From Macrostomum lignano (taxonomy: Eukaryota): 64,000 bases of DNA. Location: contig NIVC01000573.1 of assembly GCA_002269645.1 (NCBI GenBank), forward strand, positions 124,001 through 188,000, written 5' to 3'. The position numbers were made by a program, and so were the translations under genes. The notes below the pieces were generated by a model, which saw nothing but the letters and a program-made list of their open reading frames with translations, made no database searches and was not told where the DNA came from. Positions 13,993 through 25,607 of the stretch are shown in pieces; within the stretch, counting starts at the first letter, position 1; the number at the start of each line of letters is the position of its first letter.

Positions 13993-14403
13993 GCCCAGAC
14001 ATGGTGCAAGAAATTTCGAACTTTATCTCAAGATACAGAATGCAGATCTAAGTGAAGGCAATATGAAGCATCGCCAAAATGTTTTGATTTTTTCTGTTTA
14101 CCGTACGGTGCCTTGGTGGCACACCAGCGTGTACAAGCCTAGTTTTGTACTTTGCGAATCTAATTTTTTTAATTTCTATATTTGTTGCTTCTCTAAAATT
14201 GCGCATCGACTTGTGCAAGCGGCATTATGATGGCAATCAAAAGGCAGATTTTCTTTCAAACAAATAAATTAAGTAACCATTCTCTGTACTTGTACTTTTG
14301 TTCTGCAAGTGCTGCGAAATGAGTTTTAAATGTACTTTCTGTCTTGTTAAACTCCACTTTAGGACGGACTTACGAGTAGGAGCGCCTGTCGCTGGCGAGA
14401 AGG

Positions 14404-14735
14404 GATGATTATCCGGTGAGATTAGAGGTCATTATCAGGTGAGATTAGAGGTGATTATCCGGTGAGATTAGGGCTGATTATCCGGTGAGATTAGGGCTGA
14501 TTATCCGGTGAGATTAGGGCTGATTATCCGGTGAGATTAGGGCTGATTATCAGGTAAGATTAGGGCTGATTATCAGGAGATTAGGGGTGATTATCCGGTG
14601 AGATTAGGGGTGATTATCAGGTAAGATTAGGGGTGATTATCAGGTGAGATTAGGGCTGATTATCAGGTGAGATTAGGGGTGATTATCAGGTGAGATTAGG
14701 GCTGATTATCAGGTGAGATTAGGGGTGATTATGAT
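14404..14735. repeat. 23-bp minisatellite (GATTATCCGGTGAGATTAGGGCT)n
   Basis: About 14 copies; the unit contains GTGAGA and TTAGGG. Confidence 0.92.
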
Positions 14736-15111
14736 TTCATCTACATTTCTAAACTCAGTAAAGTCAAACAACAGCTGTTTCTTAAGTCTATGTTTAGTTT
14801 AAAAGCCTGCTGCAAAAGTTGCCCCAATGCTGGCAAGCGATGAGCCGAGCACACGGCGAGCTGAGCAGGCAATCCAACCATCTAATTAGCACTCGCATTC
14901 AAGTTTTAGAAGTATTTTTAAAGACAGACGAAAGGAAAAATAACAGAAAAAATGGGCAGCTCAACAAGTTCAAGACACAGTGGAGACGAAACTGAGTTTT
15001 TGCAACACGGGGACATTGCGCGGCATTTGAAAATTAAAAGCGATTCTTTTAGTCTGAGACAAGAAATTGGAACTACTTTTTAATAGTAATCATTTATTCC
15101 TGTCAATGGAA

Positions 15112-15490
15112 CACCTGGGAGGCCGGCCCAGCAACTGAGGATCTGGGAGGCTGGCCCAGTAACTGAGGATCTGGGAGGCCAACCCAGCAACTGAGGATCT
15201 GGGAGGCTGGCCCAGCAACTGGGGATCTGGGAGGCTGGCCCAGTAACTGAGGATCTGGGAGGCTGGCCCAGTAACTGAGGATCTGGGAGGCTGGCCCAGT
15301 AACTGAGGATCTGGGAGGCTGGCCCAGCAACTGAGGATCTGGGAGGCTGGCCCAGCAACTGGGGATCTGGGAGGCTGGCCCAGCAACTGAGGATCTGGGA
15401 GGCTGGCCCAGTAACTGAGGATCTGGGAGGCTGGCCCAGCAACTGGGGATCTGGGAGGCTGGACCAGCAACTGAGAATCTGGGAGGCTGG
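15112..15490. repeat. 28-bp minisatellite (CTGGGAGGCTGGCCCAGCAACTGAGGAT)n
   Basis: About 13 copies; 28-aa period in all three minus-strand ORFs. Confidence 0.93.
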
Positions 15491-16234
15491 CGGTAGCCCA
15501 AGCTCTGAAGCTACTAACTCTAGCAGTGAACAGTCGCACTCAAAAACAAAACTACATCAGCATGCTTCAGGGATCAGCAAAATCTGGGATTATTGCAGAA
15601 TTGAAGCTCAAAAGGAGCAGAGCTACTGAAAAGGAGTAAATAACGCTCGCTAGCACACAACAGGATGCAACAATTGAAAACAACTTGCATAATTAACGCA
15701 CGATGTGGAATAGCTGAAATAACACGGGACAGAACAGAACAATTATTGCTTAGAAAAAGACGGCACAAAGAAAAGAAAATAAATAAAATATTGATTATGC
15801 AGTAAATTTATTTGCACAAAAACCCACAGGTTACTCAATCAAAACAGTTCTCGCTCACATTGAAACTCTAAAGAATGTCTATTTCAGAAAGTTAAAAGCG
15901 CTCAAAATTATACAGCTAATATGCGCGCACTGCTACTCACAAGAATCATAATCAGTAGTCTAATAACAATCGCATAGGCTGCAAAACAAATTTTATAAGA
16001 AAGAATGCAGAAATTTTATAAAAATGGTTAACTTCCCTGTAAAATGAGATTTTGCAAAGTGTTTCTCAAAGCTGTGCCGGATGGACAACTTGTAAATTTT
16101 AACATTCCTGGGCGCCAGTACAGCTACTGTAGGACTTTGGGAATTTATTATAGGAATGTCCTTTAAAGCTACTCAACTAGCAGCAGTAGTTTAACAGGGG
16201 TATGGTTAGAACTCTAACTAATTAGTTAGCGCTG

Positions 16235-19200
16235 CTACTGCGGCTCGGAGGGTGGAAACTGCATGTCCTCAAACAGGCCGATCAGATTGTCCAGCCCGGT
16301 CAGGTAGCCGTCCTCATGGTTGCCATGCAGCCAGTCAGCCGTGTGGCTCAGCCGGCCGGGCGCCAGGCGAATCTTGCCGAAGTCGATCATCCACACGCAG
16401 GCGTGGCCGGGGCTCTGGTCGTGCACGAACAGCAGGGAGGAGCCGATGAACTGCGGACAGGTGCGGACAATGCGGACTGTGCAGCACGCGAATTTACATT
16501 CAGAGTGTAACTGTACATAGCCAGTGTACACGCGAATGTACATTCAGAGTGTCTAATGTACATAGCCGGTGTACACGCGAATGTACATTCAGAGTGTCTA
16601 ATGTACATAGCCAGTGTACACGCGAATGTACATTCAGAGTGTCTAATGTACATAGCCAGTGTACACGCGAATGTACATTCAGAGTGTGTGTAAATGTACA
16701 TAACCAGTGTATACGCGAATGTACATTCAGAGTGTAAATGTACATAGCCAGTGTACACGCGAATGTACATTCAGAGTGTAAATGTACATAGCCAGTGTAT
16801 ACGCGAATGTACATTCAGAGTGTCTAATGTACATAGCCGGTGTACACGCGAATGTACATTCAGAGTGTCTAATGTACATAGCCAGTGTACACGCGAATGT
16901 ACATTCAGAGTGTCTAATGTACATAGCCAGTGTACACGCGAATGTACATTCAGAGTGTGTGTAAATGTACATAACCAGTGTATACGCGAATGTACATTCA
17001 GAGTGTAAATGTACATAGCCAGTGTACACGCGAATGTACATTCAGAGTGTAAATGTACATAGCCAGTGTATACGCGAATGTACATTTCTATTTTACGTGC
17101 GACTAAATAAACGTACGAGTATTGTAGATATAAACATACGTAACTATTCCACATGCGATCGTACGTACAGTACACAATAAAGTACATAAATAATATATAA
17201 TTATATCGGTACATACGAATTCATAAACCTAGATCGCATAAATCTCCAAACGTACATACCCAGTAGCCTAGTACAATAATAATGATTGTACTAGGCTACA
17301 ATTGATTGATTGATTATTGATTACACCTGCCCTAATGGGCAGATGTGCAACCGACAGCTCAGCCGCAGCTATTGCGCAGCGCATCTGAAAGCTGCGTACG
17401 GCTGTTCAGTCCAAGGACTGGGGGGTTGCCACACACACGGCCTCAATTACCCCAGCCAATGCTGGCACCCATTTTACAGCTGGGTGAACTGAAGTAATGC
17501 AGAGTGAAGTGTCTCGCTTAAGGACACAAATTGTTCCAAGTGGGTCGAGAATCGAACCCCGACCTTTCAGTCGTGAGTCCGACGCTCTGACCACTAGGCT
17601 ACAACTCCCCTAGCACAAGCAAATGTACATCTAGCTAATCAAAGGTACACAACAAAGCTGCATGTCAGCACAGAGCCAAGAGCCGCACCTCTCTCAGCGC
17701 AAAGAACTCGGACGGAGCCAGAGCGGCGCGCAGTTTGCGCAGCCTGGCCAAATAGGCGTCGCGCAAGTCCAGCCGGCCCTCTAAGAACCCGGCCAACGTG
17801 TCCGAAACCTCCGGCCGGGAGCGGAGCCGCTTCAAATCCACCGGATGCGTCCGGCCGGAGGCCATGAGCCGCTGAAGGCCGTCGATGCGGAAGGCGAGGG
17901 TGGCGGTGGAGGACAGCTGCTCCCGCCACATCATGTAGCGCGGCTTGGCCACGGCCTGGGCGGCCGCCTCGTCAGCTGTTGGAGCGTCCGCGTCCACCTC
18001 CACCATCTTGTTGTACAGGTCGCGCCGGGGCTTCGGGTCGCCTGGCGGGTGGGGGCGGGTGGGTGAAGCCTTTGGTTGGAATCAATCAGACCGCTGGGTG
18101 GGGTGAGACTGGAGAGGGTGTGATTGGAAATAGGGAGAGGGAGATTAGACATGGGGAAGGGTGAGATTGAATATAGGGAGGGTAAGATTAGATATGGGGA
18201 AGGGTGAGATTGAATATAGGGAGGGTGAGATTAGATATGGGGAAGGGTGAGATTGAATATAGGGAGGGTGAGATTAGATATGGGGAAGGGTGAGATTGAA
18301 TATAGGGAAGGTGAGATTGAACATAGGGAGGGTGAGATTGGATATGGGTAGGGTGTGATTGGATATGGGGAGGGTGTGATTGGATATGGGAAGGGTGAGA
18401 TTGGATATGGGTAGGGTGAGATTGAATATAGGGAGGGTGAGATTAGATATGGGGAAGGGTGAGATTGAATATAGGGAAGGTGAGATTGAACATAGGGAGG
18501 GTGAGATTGGATATGGGTAGGGTGTGATTGGATATGGGGAGGGTGTGATTGGATATGGGAAGGGTGAGATTGGATATGGGTAGGGTGAGATTGAATATAG
18601 GGAGGGTGAGATTGGATATGGGTAGGGTGTGATTGGATATGGGGAGGGTGTGATTGAATATAGGGAGGGTGAGACTGGATATGAGGAAGGTGAGACTGGA
18701 TATGAGGAAGGTGTGATTGAATATGAGGAGGGTGAGATTGGATATGAGGAGGGTGAGATTGGATATGGGGTGAGATTAGATATGGGGGAAGGGTGAAACA
18801 AGAAGGAGTGAGAAAACGGAGGAGATAGGATGTGAGCAGTGGAGCACCAGCAGTGAAATACGAACTGTCCAGCTCAGACTCCAGGTAAGTCCTGGAGCCC
18901 ATCTTGCAGTCCATGAGGCCCGTGCAGCCGGGGAACTCGGCCAGCAGGTCCTGCATCTCCAGGAACTCGGTGCCGTCCTCCAGCCGCACGGTGCCAAAGT
19001 AGCGGGGCACGAACTCGCCCAGCAGGGGATCGGCGGTCAGCTGGCGGAGGCAGTCGGCCTCGCAGGGGCACAGCAGCTTCAGCACCGTGCCGGGACGCAG
19101 GCCGGGCCGGAAATTCTCCCTGTGGCCGGACAGCTGCACCCAGGGGTACAGCTCCTGCCCGCCGTCCGGGGTTTCGGCGCGCTGCACGAATGGCGCCGTC

Positions 19201-20057
19201 AGCTCTGGCGCGCTGTGCAACTGCTTCCACGAATTCAGCGCCTGAAAGGGGGAACGGGTGGGCAATGAGATAGATAGAGGCTGAGGAGAAATAGAGAATG
19301 GGATAGATAGGGCTGGGGTGTGGGATAAATAAGGAATGGGAATAAATAGGGAATTGGGATACTCGTAAATAAGGGTTGGGGATAATGGTGGTGGGATAAA
19401 TAGGGCTGGGATAATGGGGAAGTGGGATAAATAAGGGTTGGGGATAATGGGGAATTGGGATAAATAAGGGTTGGGGATAATGGGGAATTGGGATAAATAA
19501 GGGTTGGGGATAATGGGGAATTGGGATAAATAAGGGTTGGGGATAATGGGGAATTGGGATAAATAAGGGTTGGGGATAATGGGGAATTGGGATAAATAAG
19601 GGTTGGGATAATGGGGAAGTGGGATAAATAAGGGTTGGGGATAATGGGGAATTGGGATAAATAAGGGTTGGGGATGAGGATAATGGGGAGAATGGGATAA
19701 ATAAGGGTGGGGGTTAATGGGCATATGGGATAAATAAGGGTGGGGATAATGGGGAATTGGGATAAATAAGGGTTGGGGGTGAGGATAATGGGGAGAATGG
19801 GATAAATAAGGGTGGGGGTTAATGGGCATATGGGATAAATAAGGGTGGGGATAGTATTTTAGTACATGCAGGCAATTTACAACACTAAAGAAAATCACCT
19901 CACTCTCTGTCAGGCCAGAATCAATCAACGCAGTCAGCTGGTCCTCTGGAGGCAGATTAGCAATGGGCTTCAGCAATTCATTCAGATCAGCTGCACAGTC
20001 TGGCTGCTGGGAGCCACTGACATCACCATTGGAACTGCTATTAGCTGCAGAGGTCAT
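16235..20057 (-). CDS. IP3K: Inositol-trisphosphate 3-kinase (ITPKA/B/C-type, IPK family), 4 coding exons, ~367 aa
   Basis: Exons 20057-19899, 19241-18866, 18041-17689, 16450-16235, all GT-AG with phases 0/1/0 and 1104 nt total. Motifs [71 protein letters not shown] match IP3 3-kinase catalytic domains. Confidence 0.93.
16488..17085. repeat. 43-47-bp (mostly 45-bp) minisatellite in IP3K intron 3, rich in GTAC palindromes, with a ~271-bp block duplication
   Basis: Unit AATGTACATAGCCAGTGTACACGCGAATGTACATTCAGAGTGTCT. Duplicated ORFs at 16500/16771 show the block repeat. Confidence 0.93.
17300..17610 (-). mobile_element. tRNA-derived SINE with CORE/MIR-like central domain, copy A
   Basis: Minus strand: A box TAGCCTAGTGG, B box GGTTCGATTC, then GTGTCCTT..GACACTT..CCCAGCTGTAAAATGGG and a (TAA/TCAA) tail. 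Homologous to copies at 31868 and 41145. Confidence 0.88.
18105..18790. repeat. 20/21-bp purine-rich minisatellite in IP3K intron 2
   Basis: GGGTGAGATTG(G/A)ATAT(G/A)GG variants; 7-aa period HIQSHPP. Confidence 0.9.
19320..19855. repeat. 33-bp minisatellite in IP3K intron 1
   Basis: GGGATAAATAAGGGTTGGGGATAATGGGGAATT; 11-aa period. Confidence 0.9.
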
Positions 20058-20985
20058 TGTGTGCACCCAGGCTGCTGAATATTAGGCTCTTGCCTGTAAA
20101 TAAGAAATTAAAATAGATTATAAAAACAAAAGAATATTCAATTATTAATCTGATGCTTTTTATTTATAGAAAGCCATATAAAAATTTTCATTTGACGAAA
20201 TACAACTGTACCATTATCAAAACAATGCATGACGAATAGGCTTCAAAAAAATCAAAGTGCATTTGATATTAAAATATTTCATTGTGACCTTGCCTATTTA
20301 TATTTAGATATTTATTCAGATAGACTTACTATTTGGCACCTATGTTTAAAAGTTTAGATGAAAATTTTTGTATATTAAAACTTAGTCTTCTAACCTTTAA
20401 CATCCAATTGAACATATTGGTATTAGCAATGCCAATGGTTTTAGTTTTTCAATTTTTAAAGATAAAACACAGAAATGGCATTGCTCTCCATTGTCAAGAA
20501 GGTATCTAGTGTACAACAGAGTTTTTTTTAGTGTATGCCAATTATGCCAAACAAAATTTCAAAATTATGCAACCTTACTTTTGAGCTGCCAAAAAACATT
20601 TTCCATTTTTTTATTTGACATGAATATTATAAAAAATAACTTATTATATTCCTTTATTATTATAGTGTTGTATCTATTATTCTTTTAGAAAGATTTGCAA
20701 TTAGGCTATATAAAGTTCTGGTATTTAATTTATTTCAAAAAGCACTATCACATTCAATTAAAATATCATTTTTTGTTTGCACTCCTATCACCTTTTTCTT
20801 TGAAGTGTTCTATCTTTTGTTGTAGACACTTTTATTTTATTTTCAATTTTTTCAAGTTTTTTGTACAAACTTTTTGGACTATTAGTATTATCAACCAATT
20901 TAATATGCAACCAATATATTTACATATAGGCTTTAGGCCTACTCTATTTCCTTTCTTGATCTAATTCAACTCCTTTTCTTGATAT

Positions 20986-23452
20986 GGGAGTACATTGTTT
21001 GCTTGCTGAAGTCTGCTTGCCAAACAAACTGCTTGCTGAACTTTGCATACCAAACATTGCTTGCCAAACTTTGCTTGTAGAATTTTGATGTCTGCTTCTT
21101 AGAAATTTGTAATCACAATTGTAAGGTTTTAACTTGCCACATTTTTTCTTGTTTGCTTGCTTGTGAAGTTGGTCAGTCAATTATTACTTACCAAGATGCT
21201 TTGCAAGTGGATTCTTATTAGCATCAACATAAACTGACTTGACACTAAGCTTTCAAACTAGGCCTAGGATTATAGAGTTTCATTCTAAGAATTTAGTATA
21301 TATAATTATTAGATTAGAGATTTAGTATAGGTAGAAAGGGATCAGTAATAGTATGATTTAGTATGCTTTGAAAATACCATATTTGAATTTATGCAAAAAT
21401 GAAATTAGTATACTTTTTGTTTAAATGCTGTGACAGCAATTAACAGTTTACAAAATAAAATTTTGTTTTAAATATATTGTGCAAGCAATATAAATAGAAG
21501 GCCAATGAGGGGCCAAGAAAATCAACTTTTGAGCAACTCAAGCAGCTCTGAGCTTAGACAATTTCGTCTGTTGCCTCTTCTTCCACAAGTCTTGCGAGTA
21601 CAATCAATTTAGTCTTCTTAAATTGCTACAAGTATTTACAGTGTTTGAAAGACTTAGTCATTTCCATTAGAATATCAGAAATCCATTGGAAGTGAGAATC
21701 ACCTCAGAGCAAAGAAATTGCCTCAGGGCAGAAAAATTGCTTCAGGGCAAGAAAATTGCAGAAAGGCTGTGACCCTCTGATCTAGGGAATGTCCAAGACT
21801 GGAAGAGAATATAGGAATAAGTAATAGGAACATACATTGCCAAGACTGCTCAGACCAAGAGTACATGTACAAATGCTACCAATAGATCCATATATACTAC
21901 CAGTACAGAAGACAAGTAGATACGCTACCAAATAGAAATAAGTAAAAGTACATGCAAAAGTACATTATAAACTATCAATAGGAGAATATAGGTATTACCC
22001 TAGCACAACTTGGTGACAGCTTTAGGACATTTATTAGTGAGGGAAATTGGCACTATTGTAAAGAAATGAATACCAAGGAGCCTGTTTTGAATTCTCAGCC
22101 AAAAGTGCCAAATCAGAGCGGCAAAATCTTATAGGCAATGTGACAAACTAAATTATAAAACAATTATGCAAAATTAATAAATACATACAGAAAAGAGTAC
22201 AGTAAAGATAAATACAATATAGATATTATAATACAAATACAGCGGATATAAAGTAAATATGAAATTGTTTACTTTTAAATTAGATCTGCAGATATATTAC
22301 ATTATCCTCCTCTTAGAAAAGACAATGTTTACACTGTCAATAAAATATACAGTACATGCTACAATAAATGCAAAATTTGAAGAAAGGAATATTGGAGCTT
22401 GCATTCCCAACTAGACATTCACATTGAGACAGAACACATTAAAAAAACAATGGTCTGGTACAAAAAGAGAAGCCAGTTACACAATCACAAAAACTAGAAC
22501 CCAACAGGGTTAGCAGAGCCCTGGGTTCTCCTCACCACAAATAGCACAGAGCACAGCATGAATCAAGCAAAAAAACTTTATAGCGAAAGGAATTACTTAT
22601 ACACTTTTGTGATGCACTGTCATTGGGTGAAACTTTACAAAATACAAAATATAATACAACATTGAAAAATTTTTTGAAAAGTAAAGTACATCATGGCAAT
22701 TGCCAAAATATAGTATAAAGTGACATATGAAGAATTACAGTAGGTACAAATTAGGTGCAATTACATTAAAATCATTCAACACAGCATAGAAATGGGAAGA
22801 TGCAGCTTCTGGACTTCAGAACAGCAAAATTATCTGCACCTGCAATTTGATTGGCCAGGCTGATGTCAGCTAGCTGGGTGCGCACTGCTGATCAGCTTCA
22901 ACTTAACTGTAATATACATATTTGCAGTCAATCAGTAGATCCAGCACCCAGCGGAGTTTTTCATGGAATTTGAGTCCTCGTATGGTTGCCATTGTAAAGA
23001 AATGAATACCGAGGAGCCTGTTTTGAATTCTCAGCCAAAAGTGCCAAATCAGAGTGGCAAACTCTTACAAGAAATGTGACAATTTATTATATATTAGTTA
23101 ATATTGAGCAATAAAAAAAACTATATTATAAAACAATTATGCTAAATTATATAAATACATATAGTAAATAGTACTGTAAAAGATAAATACAATACAGATA
23201 TTATAATACAAATGTAGCAGATAGGCATATAAAGTAAATATGAAATTGTTTACTTTTAACTTAGATCTGCAGGTATATTATACTATTATAACATTGATAA
23301 GATTATTCTAAGGGAGGGACAGAAGTTAGCTTAGCCCTACATCAAGTATAAATCTTTGTAGTTCCTGATTTCTATAAAAAAACTTTGGCAAGCAAAATTT
23401 CAATAAGCAAATTTCTTGCAAGCAAAGTTTGGCAAGCAAAATTCGTAGACCC
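20986..23452. mobile_element. Non-autonomous DNA transposon with 9-bp TSD (Mutator/MULE-like), interrupted by an LTR element
   Basis: Perfect 9-bp TSD TCTTGATAT at 20977-20985 and 23453-23461. Termini GGG...CCC with imperfect TIR. Inverted subterminal 21-mer TTGCTTGCCAAACTTTGCTTG (~21058) versus CAAGCAAAGTTTGGCAAGCAA (~23419). No intact transposase seen. Confidence 0.75.
22057..23282 (-). mobile_element. TRIM-like miniature LTR retroelement (non-autonomous, probably Gypsy-derived)
   Basis: Direct repeats 22057-22301 (TGT...ACA) and 22993-23282 (TGT...ATA). 4-bp TSD CTAT at 22053-22056 and 23283-23286. On the minus strand, a PBS-like TGGCAACCATACGAGG follows the 5' LTR and a PPT AAGAGGAGGATAA precedes the 3' LTR. 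The 691-bp interior has no long ORF. Confidence 0.85.
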
Positions 23453-25607
23453 TCTTGATATATATTATTTAGGCCCCCTACTTTTTTCTTCTAATAATAA
23501 TAATTTAATTAAATAAACCTAATAATGCACATTTAATGAAAAATTTGGTATAGGCCTAGGCCTCTATTAAATTATAAATATTAGGCCTATAAATACGCCT
23601 CTTAAGGAAGATAGTTCAGGAATCATTGAAAAAATAATTTAACGAACAAAACTTGAAGATTGCTAGCTAGGCTAGGCCTAGGGTAAGGGTTAGACTTAAC
23701 CTTAAAAATCTAAAAATCTATGGTACAGGTAGCAGCTATGGCTAAGGTGCAATATGAGGTAGGTCTAGGCCATCAAAATCTAGGCCTAACTATGTGTTGT
23801 GTACTGTGTGGTTATAAAAAAAGCATAGGGCCTAAGCCTAGGCCGGCCTGCCACCTACCATCTATGGGCCTACCAATGGCTAGGGAGTAGGGCCTATGTC
23901 CTATATGACATGTTATGGCTTCAGCCTCATACAAAACATACATAGGCTTCCTATAGTTAGGCCTAGGCTCCAATTTTGGTTTAGGTCATAGTCATAGACA
24001 TAACCATAAGGGCCTAGGCCAAAATAGATTAGGCCTAAAGAGGCTATGGCATGCCAAGTTGTTACTTCCTGGCGCATAAAACCCAGATCACAATTACAAT
24101 CACAATTGTTGGGCATTTTTGAACAAAGCACACCAACATAAGTAGGGCCTAAGGCTAAGCCTGGCCCTGGCCAGTGGCGCTCTAAAATGTCTAGAAGATT
24201 TACAGGAGCAGGAGATACTAGCCTGATAGGCCTAAATCAGATTATTTACTGATGCTAACGATATGCCTACGGCCTAGGGCAGGATAACTTATGATATCAT
24301 CATCATGGACTAGTAATCTGTGGCGTAACTGTATTGCAATATTCTGGGCAGTCTCGCCGTCATTCTTATCCAAATATCTCCGAATGCGGACGAGATAAAA
24401 AACGGTTTTTGCAGGAAATAAAGCAAATTACGAGTAGACCAAAAAACCCGGAGCATTCAATGAACTTCAAGCCCTTTGTTTAATGCCAAAATCGGAATTA
24501 TATTTAGTAAATAGACTCCTTTTCAATGTCATCTAAAGCACTTTAATTCTCCATAGTTGCAATCACTCAGCGATTGAAGCAGTGCGACATATGCCTCAAT
24601 ATTTTAATCGACTCTTTTATGCCTGTAAAAGTACTGCTGCATCCAGGGGGCGCCGCCAACGGGGGACAAGGGGGGACATGTCCCTCAGTAAAAGATCTGG
24701 GGGGATGCCAATGCTTTGTCCCCCCACCCCACCGTGTGACCCGTAATCAATAATTTTGCTGCTGGGCGACAAAACATAAATACCTGCGGCTCTAAAATGA
24801 GTCTGCGGCTCTAAAAGGATTGTTTTTGGCGCTAAAATGAGTGCCTGCGGCGCTAAATGAGTGCCTGCGGCGCTAAAATGAGTGCTGAAAACACCGATTC
24901 TGAGTGACTCAGTTTGTGCGCTGTGACTGTTCCTCAACTACAGTCAGCAGGGGTGTCGGAACCGGGGGGGCACGGGGGGGCTGGAGCCCCCCCACTTTTT
25001 GAAAGACCCTTAAAAGTGCCCTTTTAAAATTTTAAAGTGCCCCGGTAAATTTTCTAAGTGCCCTGTGTCCTAGGACCTTAGTTGCCCCCAATAAGCACAA
25101 CCCAAGTAGGGCCAAGACCCCCAAATCCATTAAAGTTAAACCATTCACTTTGATTTGAATGTACAGTGCTTAGTGTCCGCTACTCCTTATCCTTCCTTTC
25201 TGTCTCTTGTTTATTGCTAAATCTTGACTGGACTGCACTCAAGTTTTCCTTTCCTGTCCTGCCCCCTCTCCACTCCAGAGATTCTGACCCTGCCCCCTAC
25301 AGTGGACCGGCAAGGGCCCCACGTAGATGTACATAGACAGTACATTCATGAATCTTGCCAGTGGTCAGTGGAGAGCGGGGAATGTGGGGAGTCCACTGAG
25401 GACGAAATAATAAGACAGTGGGTAAATAATCAACTTTACTGGGATCTGAGAAAGACAGACAGTGTTTAAAGCTTTTAAATAAAAAATACTATACGAATCA
25501 CTACACCTGGTATTGGGCTGGGCTTAAAAGCTTGGCTTCAGAGCCTTCAGGGAAAATTCAGAGCCGTACAGACCTATCAGTTTCAGAAAAATACAATCTA
25601 AAATAAA

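Noticed and set aside
18231-20066. 611-aa single-exon ORF
   Set aside because: Two IP3K exons read through minisatellite introns that happen to be stop-free; the splice model explains it better.
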